From IMG/VR virus record IMGVR_UViG_3300031951_000243, positions 1-50,552 of that record: a DNA stretch of 50,552 bases. One strand, given 5' to 3'. Positions within the stretch are counted from its first letter, which is position 1; each line of letters opens with the position of its first letter. This DNA comes from a virus. Taxonomy: Duplodnaviria; Caudoviricetes. A program made the position numbers and the translations under genes. The notes beneath the pieces were generated by a model that ran no database searches, was not told the DNA's origin, and worked only from the letters and a program-made list of their open reading frames with translations. Below, piece after piece: positions 25,075-35,414 of this stretch.

Positions 25075-25147
25075 CACTCACTGCTTTCTCCAAGGGAAGT
25101 TGAGTTCGCCCCCGAGTGCTTCTCCCCTTTGCACCGGGGGCTTTTTT
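25075..25147 (+). ncRNA. Candidate two-hairpin sRNA with anti-RBS loops, ending in an intrinsic terminator
   Basis: Hairpin 1 (ACTCA/TGAGT) encloses TTTCTCCAAGGG. Hairpin 2 (GCCCCCG-A-GTGC/GCAC-CGGGGGC) has loop TTCTCCCCTTT and is followed by T6. Confidence 0.55.
25108..25147 (+). terminator. Intrinsic terminator at the convergence of the two genome arms
   Basis: GC-rich stem 25108-25119/25131-25141 followed by TTTTTT. Confidence 0.85.
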
Positions 25148-28100
25148 ACATCCTCGCCATCTGCTTCATCCTCGGTATATTGTAGGCTTCAAGGAATTCT
25201 TTCTCTACCCGCAAAATCTCATCTGTCTTTTCCCGTTTTTCTGCCGGAGATAGATCAGAATCATTAGCAATGATGTTGCGGTACTTCCGTAGCTTGGCTA
25301 GGTGGTCCTCAATTTTATTGACTGCACCTCTCATAGCATACAGCTTCAGTTTGTCTTCGGTCAGATATTCCTGCAATTCTTCTGTACGCCCTTCGCGCTT
25401 GAAGGTATTAACTGAGTTAACCACCTTGTCAACGCGCTCACGGAATTCGTAAAACTCTGTCTTGTACCCACGCCCAGTATCGTCATACATGAACGTCTTG
25501 ATCAATGGCAGCTTGTTGACAGGTTTAGCTATCCGATTGGGATCACCTACCGCATCAGTCACATCCAGTATCACCCCACCCACGGTGCCAAGATAGCCAC
25601 GCATTAGATAGTCAACCTTCATCGGCGATAGCCCAACATACCCAAACAGCTTAGCTAGTTCTGACGTGTGGTCGTTGAACTGTAAGTAAGTTTCCTTACC
25701 TGCCATGTTGATGCCGACAATCGGATTATCCGTAAAGAACGAATAGTTCGTAGCTACCTCAATAGCAGGCTTGAGCAACTGCGGCGTAAGGTTGACCCCA
25801 CCATAGGCGTTGATGGCAGCATTTCGCATGCTCTTCATGAAAGTCGTAGCGTCTACTGGGCGGTCAGTGCCCTCACGTGCAATCGCCTGATAGATACGCT
25901 CTGGGATAACTTTGAACAAGAAACCAATTTCAGGTGCCACAGGCAGTTTCATACCCGTGCCGGGGATGATGAAGTTGAAGTCACGCTCACGGTCATCCAG
26001 ACCTTTGTAGTCATCATCGTCGCCCACCAACGCAGCGTAGAGCATGGATAGTGCAGCAACCTTGGCACCGGTGCCGAAGAACAAAGCCATAGCAGCCTTG
26101 CGATCCTCCATCGCCAACCCTTTACCTTGGATAGTGCGATACAGCACGTCCATACCTTGGATGTAGGCGTTCATGAAGGGGACAATCTGACGCAGGATAC
26201 GTACTGTCTGCCCGTTGCCGGAAGTCTTGAAGTTGATGTACTCCTTAGCACGATGGAAAGCCAGCACTCGGTCGCCGGTCTCTTTCATGGTCTGGTCGTA
26301 GATAGCAGCACGTACCGCCATGTCCGCTGCCAGCGAGAAGTCTTCCAGCTTGTCCCAGAAACGCTTAATAGCTGCGCGGTCTTGCAGCCCATGCCGCTCA
26401 CGCACTTTACGCATGACGTGATCAGGCATCCCATCATAAGCGCCGGTAATACCTAGTCCCTGAATATCGGATTCGCTGCCGGTGACTGCTTTGTAGAAGT
26501 TACCCAGCACCTGCGTGGGTAGCGAGAACGGATGCTTCACGCCCGACAAGAACATCGCACGTACCGTATCCTGTACAAGCTGACTAAGCGCAAAGGTCGG
26601 CATGTGGGTAACGAAGCTACGTAGCCCAGTAGCAGCCACGGTAAACGCTTTTAATGCAGGCCCTGCTACATCTACCACGTTGGAGAACGCCGCCAAGTCT
26701 TCTTGGTTCTGCAAGCGGAATGCCACGCGCTCACCATCGCGGTAGGCAAACACTACCAAGTGCCGGTTGTTTTTCAGCTCGCGGTCAACCTCATCCTGTG
26801 TCTTTAGCTCATCAGCAGATGGCAACGCCTCAAGCGTCTTGATAGCCGCACGGTTCTTCAAACCAGAGCGCATCGCCCAGATAGTGTGCCCCACCATGTT
26901 GTCCATCACGTTGCGGATTTCTTTGGAACTACCTTCCTTGTCCAGTGTCGGAAGGCTAGTCAAATGCACGTTACCGGTACGAATCTTAGTAAGCCCGTCT
27001 ACCTTATTGTCTTCTTCCTCGATACGCGTCCACGGCACATAACCAATATTGTCTTTCCAAGCCTGCGCTTCTGCTGGGCTTAACCGCCCCATAGCTACCA
27101 AGAAGTCGGTGATGCCTTCGTTGTATTTAGTGAATACGTCAAACGCTTGCTTCAGTTCTGGGAACTCACGCATCGCCTCGAGGCCAGCATCGATCTCTTC
27201 CTGTGAAGCACGGACTTGTACAATTTGATCACGAAGTAGTTTAGCCGCACGCTTATTACCTTTGGCTTCCGCAGCATCGGCTTGCTGGCGCAAAGTTTCT
27301 GCACGTTTGTTCAGCTCATTCGCACGTTGCGCGATAAACGCACGATGTGCAAGAGTGATGGCGGTATTAGCCGATCCAAGTTTCGCACCTAGTTCTTCCG
27401 TGATGATTTCAAACACACGGTCAAGACTAATCTGCTGCCCATTTTCTACGCGGTCATAGACTTCGACTAACCCATCTTTACCAACACGCACACCACCCCT
27501 ACGCATCAGTTGATCAGCTACACCAGTCGCTTCCTGTGCCTGTTCGTTCAGGATGTCAGGGCGGATATTGCCTAATGCATCGGTTACTTTGTTTTGATAG
27601 GCGGCTGCAATCTGCTCTTTGACCGGAGCGTCTTTATCTACCACTGCCTGTCGAACTGCCATCGGCAGACCTTTGGTTTTACCTGCAAGCAGCGTTACGC
27701 GGTCTAGTAGCGTCTGGTCAACATCAGGCTCCGGCTCATTACCGATACCCTTCATGCGATCATTCAGCGCAGCAGCACGTTGCCCTTCGGGGGTTAGTGG
27801 CTCTTCCTTTCGACGGCGGTACAGGATGCGGCCTTCTTTCTGACCGTACGCGCCTGTATTGAACGGAGACTTTAGCTGGCTGCTGTTGTAGACAGCGAGG
27901 TTCTTGCGACGGCCTTCAAAAACGTAGAAACCATCGAAGCCAGCAAATCGAATAGCTTCCTGCACATCTGGGGATTCAATAGCCCCCCAACTACCCCGCT
28001 GAATGTCTGCAAACGTGCCTGCATCAAGAGAAATCGTACGCTTTAATTCCGCGAGGTGCGCTGGGTTATCGTAGTCAAATGGCTTTTGTGCGCTGACATA

Positions 28101-31100
28101 GACCGGGATAATGTTTGCACGACTGGGTAACTGATTTAACAATATCTGATTTAACTCAGACTCGATTGAATATGGGGATAACCCATAAGAAGCATCAACT
28201 TGATCTAAATCTCGTGTAATTTCAGCCGCTTCTTTTTTAGTAATGTTGCCATTTGCTAATGCAAGCCGTGTAGCTTCCTTAATCCACCCCGCACGTTGTT
28301 CAGGAGTAGCTTGATTAAAAAGCTGCGTAATCATGTAATTTTCGCTGGCGTGGCTAAACGACCTAGCAAACGCTGGCGAGTCTGTAACAAAAATAGCATT
28401 CGCCTGCTTAGGGCGAAATTCTTCAATATCCTGAGCCGTGCCGTGATACATCAGCTTCGGTGAGCCATCTGGATTGCGGACAACGGAGTTGCCGAACCAT
28501 TTCTTGAATGCATCGGTGCCGACACGGTACAGGGGCTTGCCTTTAAACGCAGCAACACCTTCAGCTTTCGGGCCACCTGCAACAACAAACCGCTGTGCGT
28601 TAGCCAGCAGCTCACGAACTTCAGTGTCGGTTACTTTGCTTGGGTTAAACCCAAGGCGGCGGATGAATTGGCGGATTGCGTTAAAGATGCGCTGGATGGC
28701 GTTGTTATACACCCCAGCTTCTGCCATTTCAGCAAGCACTTCTTCGACGGCGGTGTGCTTATCCAAGCCTTCCGCTATTTTTGCTTTTGCTGCTTCGCGG
28801 ACTTTAGCGTTGCCGTTGTAAATGTCATCCATCACTTTGCCGTAGGTATTGCCCAATATGGACTGAATACCAAAGTGGCCTAACGCTTCGTGGGTTAGCG
28901 TCAGCACCGCTTCTTTTACGTTCGGGATGTTGTCAGCAATTAAATAGACGGTCTGCGTGTTCGGGTCATACACCCCCGGTGCGCTAAGTGCATTGTCCCT
29001 GAGCATCTGTTGCAGCAACTGTGGCGGCAGCTCTTGGATGTCCTGAACAACTTCAGTCTTGGGTGCGTTCTTCCAGCGGGCGATGATGCCGTTGACAACC
29101 TTCTCAACCGCAGACTTGGGCATGCCCTCATCGATTGGGTTCTCTGGCGTACGATATAGCGCCCGTTTAGTTTCCTCGGCAATACCCTCTTCTTCCTTAC
29201 GAGCAGCCATCTGCGTTTTTGCAGCAACAGCGGACGGGGTGCCGGGTACAGTCTTGGTAACTTCTCTAGTTACTTCTGGCGCAGCTTGGCGAGTCAGATC
29301 ACCAGCTTTTACTGCTTTACCACGCACGAAGTCCATGACAGCGTTCTGATTGTCAGGGACGATGAACAGTTTTGCACCGTCCATCTGCTTCTCGTAGTTA
29401 TCTAGCAGGAACTTGTACGTCGTCTTGTCTACATTGATGCAACCGAAAGAGTAGCGCGAGTCTTCTGGGCTATCTTTAGCCAGCGCCTTTTGTCGGGCTT
29501 GTGCATCCGACATCTTAGTGTAGACGGAATGGAATAGCGTGATGGAATATTCACCATCAATTGCTTTATCCAAAACGAATACTTTGCCAAAGTCATAATC
29601 ACCAGCGGTCACCGCTTCGCCTTTGCTACGGGTCGCGTCACGCAGGCCCATAGTGAACAAACCAGCAGGAGTAAGGCGGTTAGCTTTTACATCCGTGTTG
29701 CCCTTGTAGTAATCCCCGGTCTGCAAACCAAGCAGTACCTTCTTATCAAGGATAGGTTGCCCATTAGCATCGAACACAAACACACGGGCGTTTGGCTTGT
29801 CGGTGAGAACGAACAGCTTATTGTTCTTCTGAAGGTCTGCTTGGATAGCAGGCATGATGTTGGCATACGCTTGTTGCGCAGCGGGGGACATCCGCGCCTT
29901 TACTGCTTCTGGCACCTGAGCAAGAACCTGCTCAACTGTGGTTACGTTCTTTGGAATCGCTACCTGATAGCCGGGGCCGATGTAGTTAGGGTTCAGAATG
30001 ACGGCAGCAGCCAGCACAGAAGCATGCAATTTCTTGATGATGCTGCGGATTGCTTTGTCAATCGCCTGTGCGCCTTTGGTCGCAAACTTGACGATGTCTT
30101 CACGAACCTTGGCAAGGAACGCTGGGCTGTTTACCGGCTCGCCATAATGCTCGGCAAGCTTTTGCTGTTCAGGCGATGAAAGTTGTAAAACAGCAGGTGC
30201 AACGGTCTCTTCGTCGATTACACGGAACTGCCCTTCAATCACGTTGCTTAAATCTTCAAGCGCGACTGAATTATCGTATGGGTCGGCTACGTTACGAACA
30301 AAATCCACCGCTTCTTTGCGGGTGTAGCCATTAAACACAAGTTGCGAAATAGCATTGTCTGCACTGACTCGATTTTCTGCTAGTGCGGGAACGCCAGCAG
30401 CTTCAGCAGTAGTCGGTGCTTGTATTTCTTGGGCAGTGGGAGGTTGTACAGGAAACGGTACATCCGGAGCAGCAGGTTGTTCAGTAGGGGTCGCACTTGG
30501 AGGCACCGTTAATGCAGTTGACTGTACTCCCGCTCCGACATCAGGCTGTTGAGCAGCCCCTCCAGTAACATCCACTCCACCGGGGAGAGGTGCTGTAATT
30601 CCTCCGGGGGGTGCGGCTCCGCGTTCGCCAGCCATTGCAGTGCTAGGCTCAGCTGCTGGTTCGACAAGCTCTGTAGGTTGGATGACATCGGTTGCCTCCT
30701 TTGCTTTTTTAGCACGTGGCTTTCTTGGTGGGCGCAGATCAAGTTCACCTTGCTCCATGAACACCGGGCTGCTCAAAAAGCTGTTAACCCCTTCGATCAG
30801 CTTGGGGCTACGGTTAGGGTTGTTAGCAAAATCAGTCAGCACTTCTTGAACTTCGGCGCGTTGGGCGGGATCAGCCAAGTCCTTGCCCATAATAGCTTCA
30901 CGCAGTCTCTTATTAGTCTTGCCGATACCCATCGCCTTGAAGTCAGCTTCGGTAACCGGGCGAGTTTCAACCGCCTCCTCCATCGCAGGTGCAGGTTGAA
31001 TGTACTGTGGACCAAGACGGAACCCCGGCTCTTCTTCAGGAACTACTAGTTCAGGTGCTGGCTGCGACTCAAACAGTGCGCGTTGCTCGCGCTCGTTCAT

Positions 31101-32630
31101 CTGTAAGAACGCACGGTCAGCGTCTGTAATTGCCTGACCGGCACTCAGTCTGCTTTGGATGTCCTGTATGCGCTGTTGCCTGAAAAACTCTGTCTGTTCA
31201 GGTGTGATACCTGCGGGGGCAGCAGGCGTTTCTCCAAGCACAACACCTTCACCTGTGCGCTGGCGCGGCATGACAGGAGCTTCAAAGTCCAGCCCCATCT
31301 GCCCCGGTTCTGGTGCAGCACCCGCACGTTCTGCACCTTCCAAACCTTTAGATAGTTGCTTGATCTGTTTTTCCAGACCGGCACGGGCAGTGTTTAGCTC
31401 GTTTGCTTGGTTGAGGATAGCGGTCTTTTGTTCATCAGAAGCTGCGGTCTCGAACTGCCCTTTCAGGCGGTCAACTTCACGCATCAGCACATCATGCTGA
31501 TCCCGCAACTCAGTAATCTGGAACAGCCGATTCTGACGTTCAGCTTCTTTCTCTTCAGCTTCACGGTATGGCTCTGGTGGTGCGCGGAACCCTTCGTATC
31601 CTTCACTCAGCTCAGGCACTTGCCCAAGCGGTAGTTGTTCTCCTTTTCCTGCGGTGTACGCGGCCTCTTTTCTAGCAGCCTCTCGATCTTCTGCTGCGTA
31701 TTTTTCCCGCGCAACCGATCTTTCTAACGCACGTCCGGGTATAGAAATACCCCCGCCGAGGATGGCACCACCAATAAAGTTGTCGAAGTATTCTTTACGT
31801 GCCTGCGCATCTGTTAACTGAAGGCCCGCTTGCGCACGCTCGAACACCTGCTGCGCGGCTTCTGTAAGTCCTTCGGTGCCCATCGCCTTTAGCGTAGATG
31901 GGCCGTAAGCTTTGACTGTATTTACAGTGGTGCCGATGATACCGTTGCGCACAATATGTGCAGCTTCTTCACGGGTAAGCTCTCTACCAGCCTGCTTAAA
32001 AATACGTTGAATGCCGGGGATGTATTTCAGACCAATTGTATCTAGCGCAGCTTGAGGTATGGACGCGCCAACCGCAGCCATCGCGTTCACGTCATTTGGC
32101 TTTATCCCTTCTTCTATTTGCCGAGAAATATTTGAACCAGTGAACTGCGCAGCCGATGTACCAAACGCAGCAAGTGCAGCAGAACCTATCCCGGCAACTG
32201 CAAGTTCAGGCGCGGCAACCGCAGCCGCAGCCCCCGCAGCAAGTGGTGCCCCCATGTAGGCAAGCGACTGCCCCGCCAATCCTTTTACGTACTCAAACGG
32301 GGCTTCAGTAAGTTCTGGCTGTTTGTAGATTTGTGCTGCTTTTTCTTTATATTCTTTACGTGCAGCTTCAGCACCTGCTACTCCAAGCGGAATACCAAGT
32401 GCCGCAACGTCCCCTTTTAGGCTTTCAAACCCACCTTTTAGTCCAGCAAAAAATCCAGTTTGCGGACCTTTCGCGCCCGGTGCCCCCATCAAATGCTGAA
32501 TAAGCTCCGAGTCGTTATACCCAGCTTGGCGAGCGCCAGTAACATCAAATTTTTTCTGCTGCCCAAGATAGTCAACTACCTCTGGCAGAGTGTAACCAGC
32601 GCGGAGAGCACCTTCGACATCAAATGCCAT
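25146..32630 (-). CDS. Giant polyvalent internal-virion/ejection protein (L,D-transpeptidase-like, zincin metallopeptidase, ADP-ribosyltransferase-like and LPD38-like regions)
   Basis: TPAGLF..FHSVY..SFGCINV; HEALGH..EEVLAE; PKLMYHGT..IFVTDSP..A; C-terminal IVPFMNAYIQG..NYSFFTDNPIV. Confidence 0.8.
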   Translation of the reverse strand: MAFDVEGALRAGYTLPEVVDYLGQQKKFDVTGARQAGYNDSELIQHLMGAPGAKGPQTGFFAGLKGGFESLKGDVAALGIPLGVAGAEAARKEYKEKAAQIYKQPELTEAPFEYVKGLAGQSLAYMGAPLAAGAAAAVAAPELAVAGIGSAALAAFGTSAAQFTGSNISRQIEEGIKPNDVNAMAAVGASIPQAALDTIGLKYIPGIQRIFKQAGRELTREEAAHIVRNGIIGTTVNTVKAYGPSTLKAMGTEGLTEAAQQVFERAQAGLQLTDAQARKEYFDNFIGGAILGGGISIPGRALERSVAREKYAAEDREAARKEAAYTAGKGEQLPLGQVPELSEGYEGFRAPPEPYREAEEKEAERQNRLFQITELRDQHDVLMREVDRLKGQFETAASDEQKTAILNQANELNTARAGLEKQIKQLSKGLEGAERAGAAPEPGQMGLDFEAPVMPRQRTGEGVVLGETPAAPAGITPEQTEFFRQQRIQDIQSRLSAGQAITDADRAFLQMNEREQRALFESQPAPELVVPEEEPGFRLGPQYIQPAPAMEEAVETRPVTEADFKAMGIGKTNKRLREAIMGKDLADPAQRAEVQEVLTDFANNPNRSPKLIEGVNSFLSSPVFMEQGELDLRPPRKPRAKKAKEATDVIQPTELVEPAAEPSTAMAGERGAAPPGGITAPLPGGVDVTGGAAQQPDVGAGVQSTALTVPPSATPTEQPAAPDVPFPVQPPTAQEIQAPTTAEAAGVPALAENRVSADNAISQLVFNGYTRKEAVDFVRNVADPYDNSVALEDLSNVIEGQFRVIDEETVAPAVLQLSSPEQQKLAEHYGEPVNSPAFLAKVREDIVKFATKGAQAIDKAIRSIIKKLHASVLAAAVILNPNYIGPGYQVAIPKNVTTVEQVLAQVPEAVKARMSPAAQQAYANIMPAIQADLQKNNKLFVLTDKPNARVFVFDANGQPILDKKVLLGLQTGDYYKGNTDVKANRLTPAGLFTMGLRDATRSKGEAVTAGDYDFGKVFVLDKAIDGEYSITLFHSVYTKMSDAQARQKALAKDSPEDSRYSFGCINVDKTTYKFLLDNYEKQMDGAKLFIVPDNQNAVMDFVRGKAVKAGDLTRQAAPEVTREVTKTVPGTPSAVAAKTQMAARKEEEGIAEETKRALYRTPENPIDEGMPKSAVEKVVNGIIARWKNAPKTEVVQDIQELPPQLLQQMLRDNALSAPGVYDPNTQTVYLIADNIPNVKEAVLTLTHEALGHFGIQSILGNTYGKVMDDIYNGNAKVREAAKAKIAEGLDKHTAVEEVLAEMAEAGVYNNAIQRIFNAIRQFIRRLGFNPSKVTDTEVRELLANAQRFVVAGGPKAEGVAAFKGKPLYRVGTDAFKKWFGNSVVRNPDGSPKLMYHGTAQDIEEFRPKQANAIFVTDSPAFARSFSHASENYMITQLFNQATPEQRAGWIKEATRLALANGNITKKEAAEITRDLDQVDASYGLSPYSIESELNQILLNQLPSRANIIPVYVSAQKPFDYDNPAHLAELKRTISLDAGTFADIQRGSWGAIESPDVQEAIRFAGFDGFYVFEGRRKNLAVYNSSQLKSPFNTGAYGQKEGRILYRRRKEEPLTPEGQRAAALNDRMKGIGNEPEPDVDQTLLDRVTLLAGKTKGLPMAVRQAVVDKDAPVKEQIAAAYQNKVTDALGNIRPDILNEQAQEATGVADQLMRRGGVRVGKDGLVEVYDRVENGQQISLDRVFEIITEELGAKLGSANTAITLAHRAFIAQRANELNKRAETLRQQADAAEAKGNKRAAKLLRDQIVQVRASQEEIDAGLEAMREFPELKQAFDVFTKYNEGITDFLVAMGRLSPAEAQAWKDNIGYVPWTRIEEEDNKVDGLTKIRTGNVHLTSLPTLDKEGSSKEIRNVMDNMVGHTIWAMRSGLKNRAAIKTLEALPSADELKTQDEVDRELKNNRHLVVFAYRDGERVAFRLQNQEDLAAFSNVVDVAGPALKAFTVAATGLRSFVTHMPTFALSQLVQDTVRAMFLSGVKHPFSLPTQVLGNFYKAVTGSESDIQGLGITGAYDGMPDHVMRKVRERHGLQDRAAIKRFWDKLEDFSLAADMAVRAAIYDQTMKETGDRVLAFHRAKEYINFKTSGNGQTVRILRQIVPFMNAYIQGMDVLYRTIQGKGLAMEDRKAAMALFFGTGAKVAALSMLYAALVGDDDDYKGLDDRERDFNFIIPGTGMKLPVAPEIGFLFKVIPERIYQAIAREGTDRPVDATTFMKSMRNAAINAYGGVNLTPQLLKPAIEVATNYSFFTDNPIVGINMAGKETYLQFNDHTSELAKLFGYVGLSPMKVDYLMRGYLGTVGGVILDVTDAVGDPNRIAKPVNKLPLIKTFMYDDTGRGYKTEFYEFRERVDKVVNSVNTFKREGRTEELQEYLTEDKLKLYAMRGAVNKIEDHLAKLRKYRNIIANDSDLSPAEKREKTDEILRVEKEFLEAYNIPRMKQMARM

Positions 32631-32645
32631 AGTGTTACTCCTAAA

Positions 32646-34349
32646 TTATCGCCCAAACGAAGATAGCGGGGGTCTATTACTTGGCGGTGCTGTTTGTGGC
32701 GCTGGGCCCTGTCCGGTAGGAGCATTCCTCATAAACTGCTCTGCTAACCGCTGTGCATACGCCATAGCATCTTGTTGTAGTAGTTGTGGACTGTTAAGGT
32801 ACACGGATTTATCCCCGTTATTTTTAATAAACGAGTCCGCCGCCTCAATCAAAGTACGTGCACGGCGCTCATCAAGTTGCCCTAACCGAAGTGCATTTGT
32901 ATAGGCACTTTGAACTCGTGCCGACAGATCGGCTTTATATTTTTCCATCTCGAGTTGGGCTTGCGACGTAGTTGCGGATTGCCGAGTTTGGTACAGATCA
33001 ACATCTCGCTTAGTCTCAGCAGAGAATACTTGTGAAGAAACTAGCGCACTAGTCTTATTCAAGTCATTCTGCGCTTTTGCTTTTTCCATCTTGGCGGCTT
33101 CAAATCTATCTTTCGCAGCATCCCGACGAGCAATGTCTTTCTCAGCACCGGTTTGTTTAGCCTGCTGATCCGCCATACGAAGTGTTTCAATCCGCTCATC
33201 GTATTTTTCTTCCGCAGCCCGTAGGTCTTTTACGTCCTGCTTGTAAGCGGTAAGCGCAGAACGACCTGCTTCGCTCAAAGCTTGGAACTCTTGCCCCCGC
33301 CGTGCGCCCATCACGCCAAGACCTGCCATCATGAGAGCTTCGCCTTTAGCTTCACCTTTGCGCTTCTCAAGCTTACCTTTTCTACCTTCGACATCGGTAA
33401 TCATCTTGGAGATTAAATTAGGATCAACCCCCTGCGATCTCAGGTAGTCAGCACGCTCTCTTCCGTAATCAGCAAGTTCTTTAGGGGCTTCACCTTCATA
33501 AAACTCCCCAGCTATTTTTATCGCGTTGGGGTTAAACGGTTTAAATGTAGGTGCGTCTAACAATATAGATTTACTTTGCGCTGGGGCGGGTGCGGATGGC
33601 CCTCTACGTCCAGCAGTCGGAACTGAAGGTGGTGGGGGTTGTTGGTTATCTCCAGCAGGGAGAGCATTGCTCACATTAGTAAATGTAGCTGCGCCACGAG
33701 CGCCTTCACTAGGATAGCTTTGAGACAAACGCTCAGTCAAAACTTTACGCCCTTGCTCAAGACGTTGGCGTTCCGCACTTGATATGCTCGGGTCCATTAA
33801 CCGCTGCTCAATATTTTGCAGCTCCTTATTGCTCCGCATCGCTGGGCTTTCTTGGAACGGTAGCGTATTCCGCTGAAATGCGCCAAGGAAAGAATTTTCT
33901 GGGAACATAAACCCACGCTCAAACAACCCCGGTTTATACCTGACAAGGCTTTCATCTTCCCCGGCGTATCCCGGCACATCGCCGCCATCACCAAACGCAA
34001 CGATGCCACCACCAGCATACTCACCTACGCCACCAGCGGATAAATTAAGTAGCCCACCTTCAGCCGCTTCCATCATTAGTGGAGGAGCCGGAGGAGTGCC
34101 GATACCGGGAGAAGAGCGTAACTGTGGGGTTATGTTTTGTGGCCCAACTGCCAGTGTAGGCAGTCCAAGCACGTCTTGCGCGGCAGTAGTTTGCGGGGGT
34201 TTTGTATCTTGCTTAGCAATACGGTCACGCATCATGCCCGCCATCATTGCCTTTTGTGGCTCAAGCATGCCCAACTGCACCATGCGCCCAAGCTCTTCTT
34301 TGGAGTACTTAATGGCTAAGTCTTTAATTTCTTGCAGTTGTCTTTGCAT
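32646..34349 (-). CDS. Internal virion / DNA-ejection protein
   Basis: AxGG motifs followed by long coiled coils; position in the ejection-protein cluster. Confidence 0.65.
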   Translation of the reverse strand: MQRQLQEIKDLAIKYSKEELGRMVQLGMLEPQKAMMAGMMRDRIAKQDTKPPQTTAAQDVLGLPTLAVGPQNITPQLRSSPGIGTPPAPPLMMEAAEGGLLNLSAGGVGEYAGGGIVAFGDGGDVPGYAGEDESLVRYKPGLFERGFMFPENSFLGAFQRNTLPFQESPAMRSNKELQNIEQRLMDPSISSAERQRLEQGRKVLTERLSQSYPSEGARGAATFTNVSNALPAGDNQQPPPPSVPTAGRRGPSAPAPAQSKSILLDAPTFKPFNPNAIKIAGEFYEGEAPKELADYGRERADYLRSQGVDPNLISKMITDVEGRKGKLEKRKGEAKGEALMMAGLGVMGARRGQEFQALSEAGRSALTAYKQDVKDLRAAEEKYDERIETLRMADQQAKQTGAEKDIARRDAAKDRFEAAKMEKAKAQNDLNKTSALVSSQVFSAETKRDVDLYQTRQSATTSQAQLEMEKYKADLSARVQSAYTNALRLGQLDERRARTLIEAADSFIKNNGDKSVYLNSPQLLQQDAMAYAQRLAEQFMRNAPTGQGPAPQTAPPSNRPPLSSFGR

Positions 34350-34352
34350 GAT

Positions 34353-35414
34353 TTACCCCTGCGCCAACTTGTTAGCAGCAATACTTGCGAGACCGCCCGG
34401 CACAACACCACCTTTAGCACCAAATAGCCCAGCCTGTTTTGCGCCAAGATATGTAAGCCCCGCCCCTCCTAGCTGCCCAAGCATAGACGGAGGTTGTTGA
34501 TACATCGTTTGCGAGTACTGAGCCAACGGCAGACCACGTAGCATATCTGACATGAATGCCACTTGCTGGTATGGGTGTTGTCGTTGGTTTTGGAAGTCTT
34601 GGTACGCTTGGCTAAGTCTTTGTTGCTCAAGTTCACGTTGCTGCGCACCTGCTGCCATTTGCCCTTGCAGGATATCTTTCTGCTGCCCGAATTCCGCCTG
34701 CCCTAATTGACCTAATGCGCCTGCGGCTTGTAGCCCAGCAGCCGTACCACGCAAACCTAAATCAGCGCCGAACTGCTGCGCTTGACGAGCCTGTTCAAAC
34801 GCGGTCTGCATCCCCCGCCCATAAATGTCTGCTTGTTGTTGCCCAAGATTACGTTGGCGCTCTGCTTCAATTAATGCGGACCTTGAACCACCAAATGCGC
34901 CGCGCTGAACCGCTTGGGCTTGATTCATTTGGCCTTCCATAGCTGAACGACGCGCAGCCTCACGCATTTGCGGCTCAAGCGCAAGATTCATATAAGGCGA
35001 CATATACGCACCCATCGCACCCGGCGACGTAGCTTGCTGTGCATATTGCTGACCTGCACCAAGACCTTGCAGCCCCGCGAGGCCCGCCATCTGCGTACCG
35101 GTACCAAGCTGCGACGCAGTTTGCATATTTTGAACACCCTGAAAAGCTTGCTGTTGCATGGGTGTAAAACCAGCAATTCGTTCGCCGCCGTAAGCTTGAT
35201 AGGGAGTCTCCGTTAACGCCTCGGTTTTACCAAGCATTCTTTCGACATACGGCTTGGCATACTCGGGGATGGTGGTCGTAGTCTGGGTAGTGTTAGTAGG
35301 CTGCGAAGGCGGGCCACCACCGTGCAACTTAATCTTGCCACCTTCTTTTTTGAATGCATCAGCAGGCAAGTCAGGTATGCCTAGCAACGCCATCGAACGA
35401 TCATTGAATCTCAT
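34353..35414 (-). CDS. DNA-transfer (pilot-like) virion protein
   Basis: Gln/Gly/Ala-rich; YMSPY and GAFGGSR motifs. Confidence 0.65.
   Translation of the reverse strand: MRFNDRSMALLGIPDLPADAFKKEGGKIKLHGGGPPSQPTNTTQTTTTIPEYAKPYVERMLGKTEALTETPYQAYGGERIAGFTPMQQQAFQGVQNMQTASQLGTGTQMAGLAGLQGLGAGQQYAQQATSPGAMGAYMSPYMNLALEPQMREAARRSAMEGQMNQAQAVQRGAFGGSRSALIEAERQRNLGQQQADIYGRGMQTAFEQARQAQQFGADLGLRGTAAGLQAAGALGQLGQAEFGQQKDILQGQMAAGAQQRELEQQRLSQAYQDFQNQRQHPYQQVAFMSDMLRGLPLAQYSQTMYQQPPSMLGQLGGAGLTYLGAKQAGLFGAKGGVVPGGLASIAANKLAQG

Noticed and set aside
24923-25081. 52-codon - strand ORF behind CCCTTGGAGAAAGCA-GTG
   Set aside because: Largely antisense to the plausible gene 24863-25063, with no recognisable features. 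The + strand promoter, hairpins and terminator favour an sRNA, but the ORF is not fully excluded.
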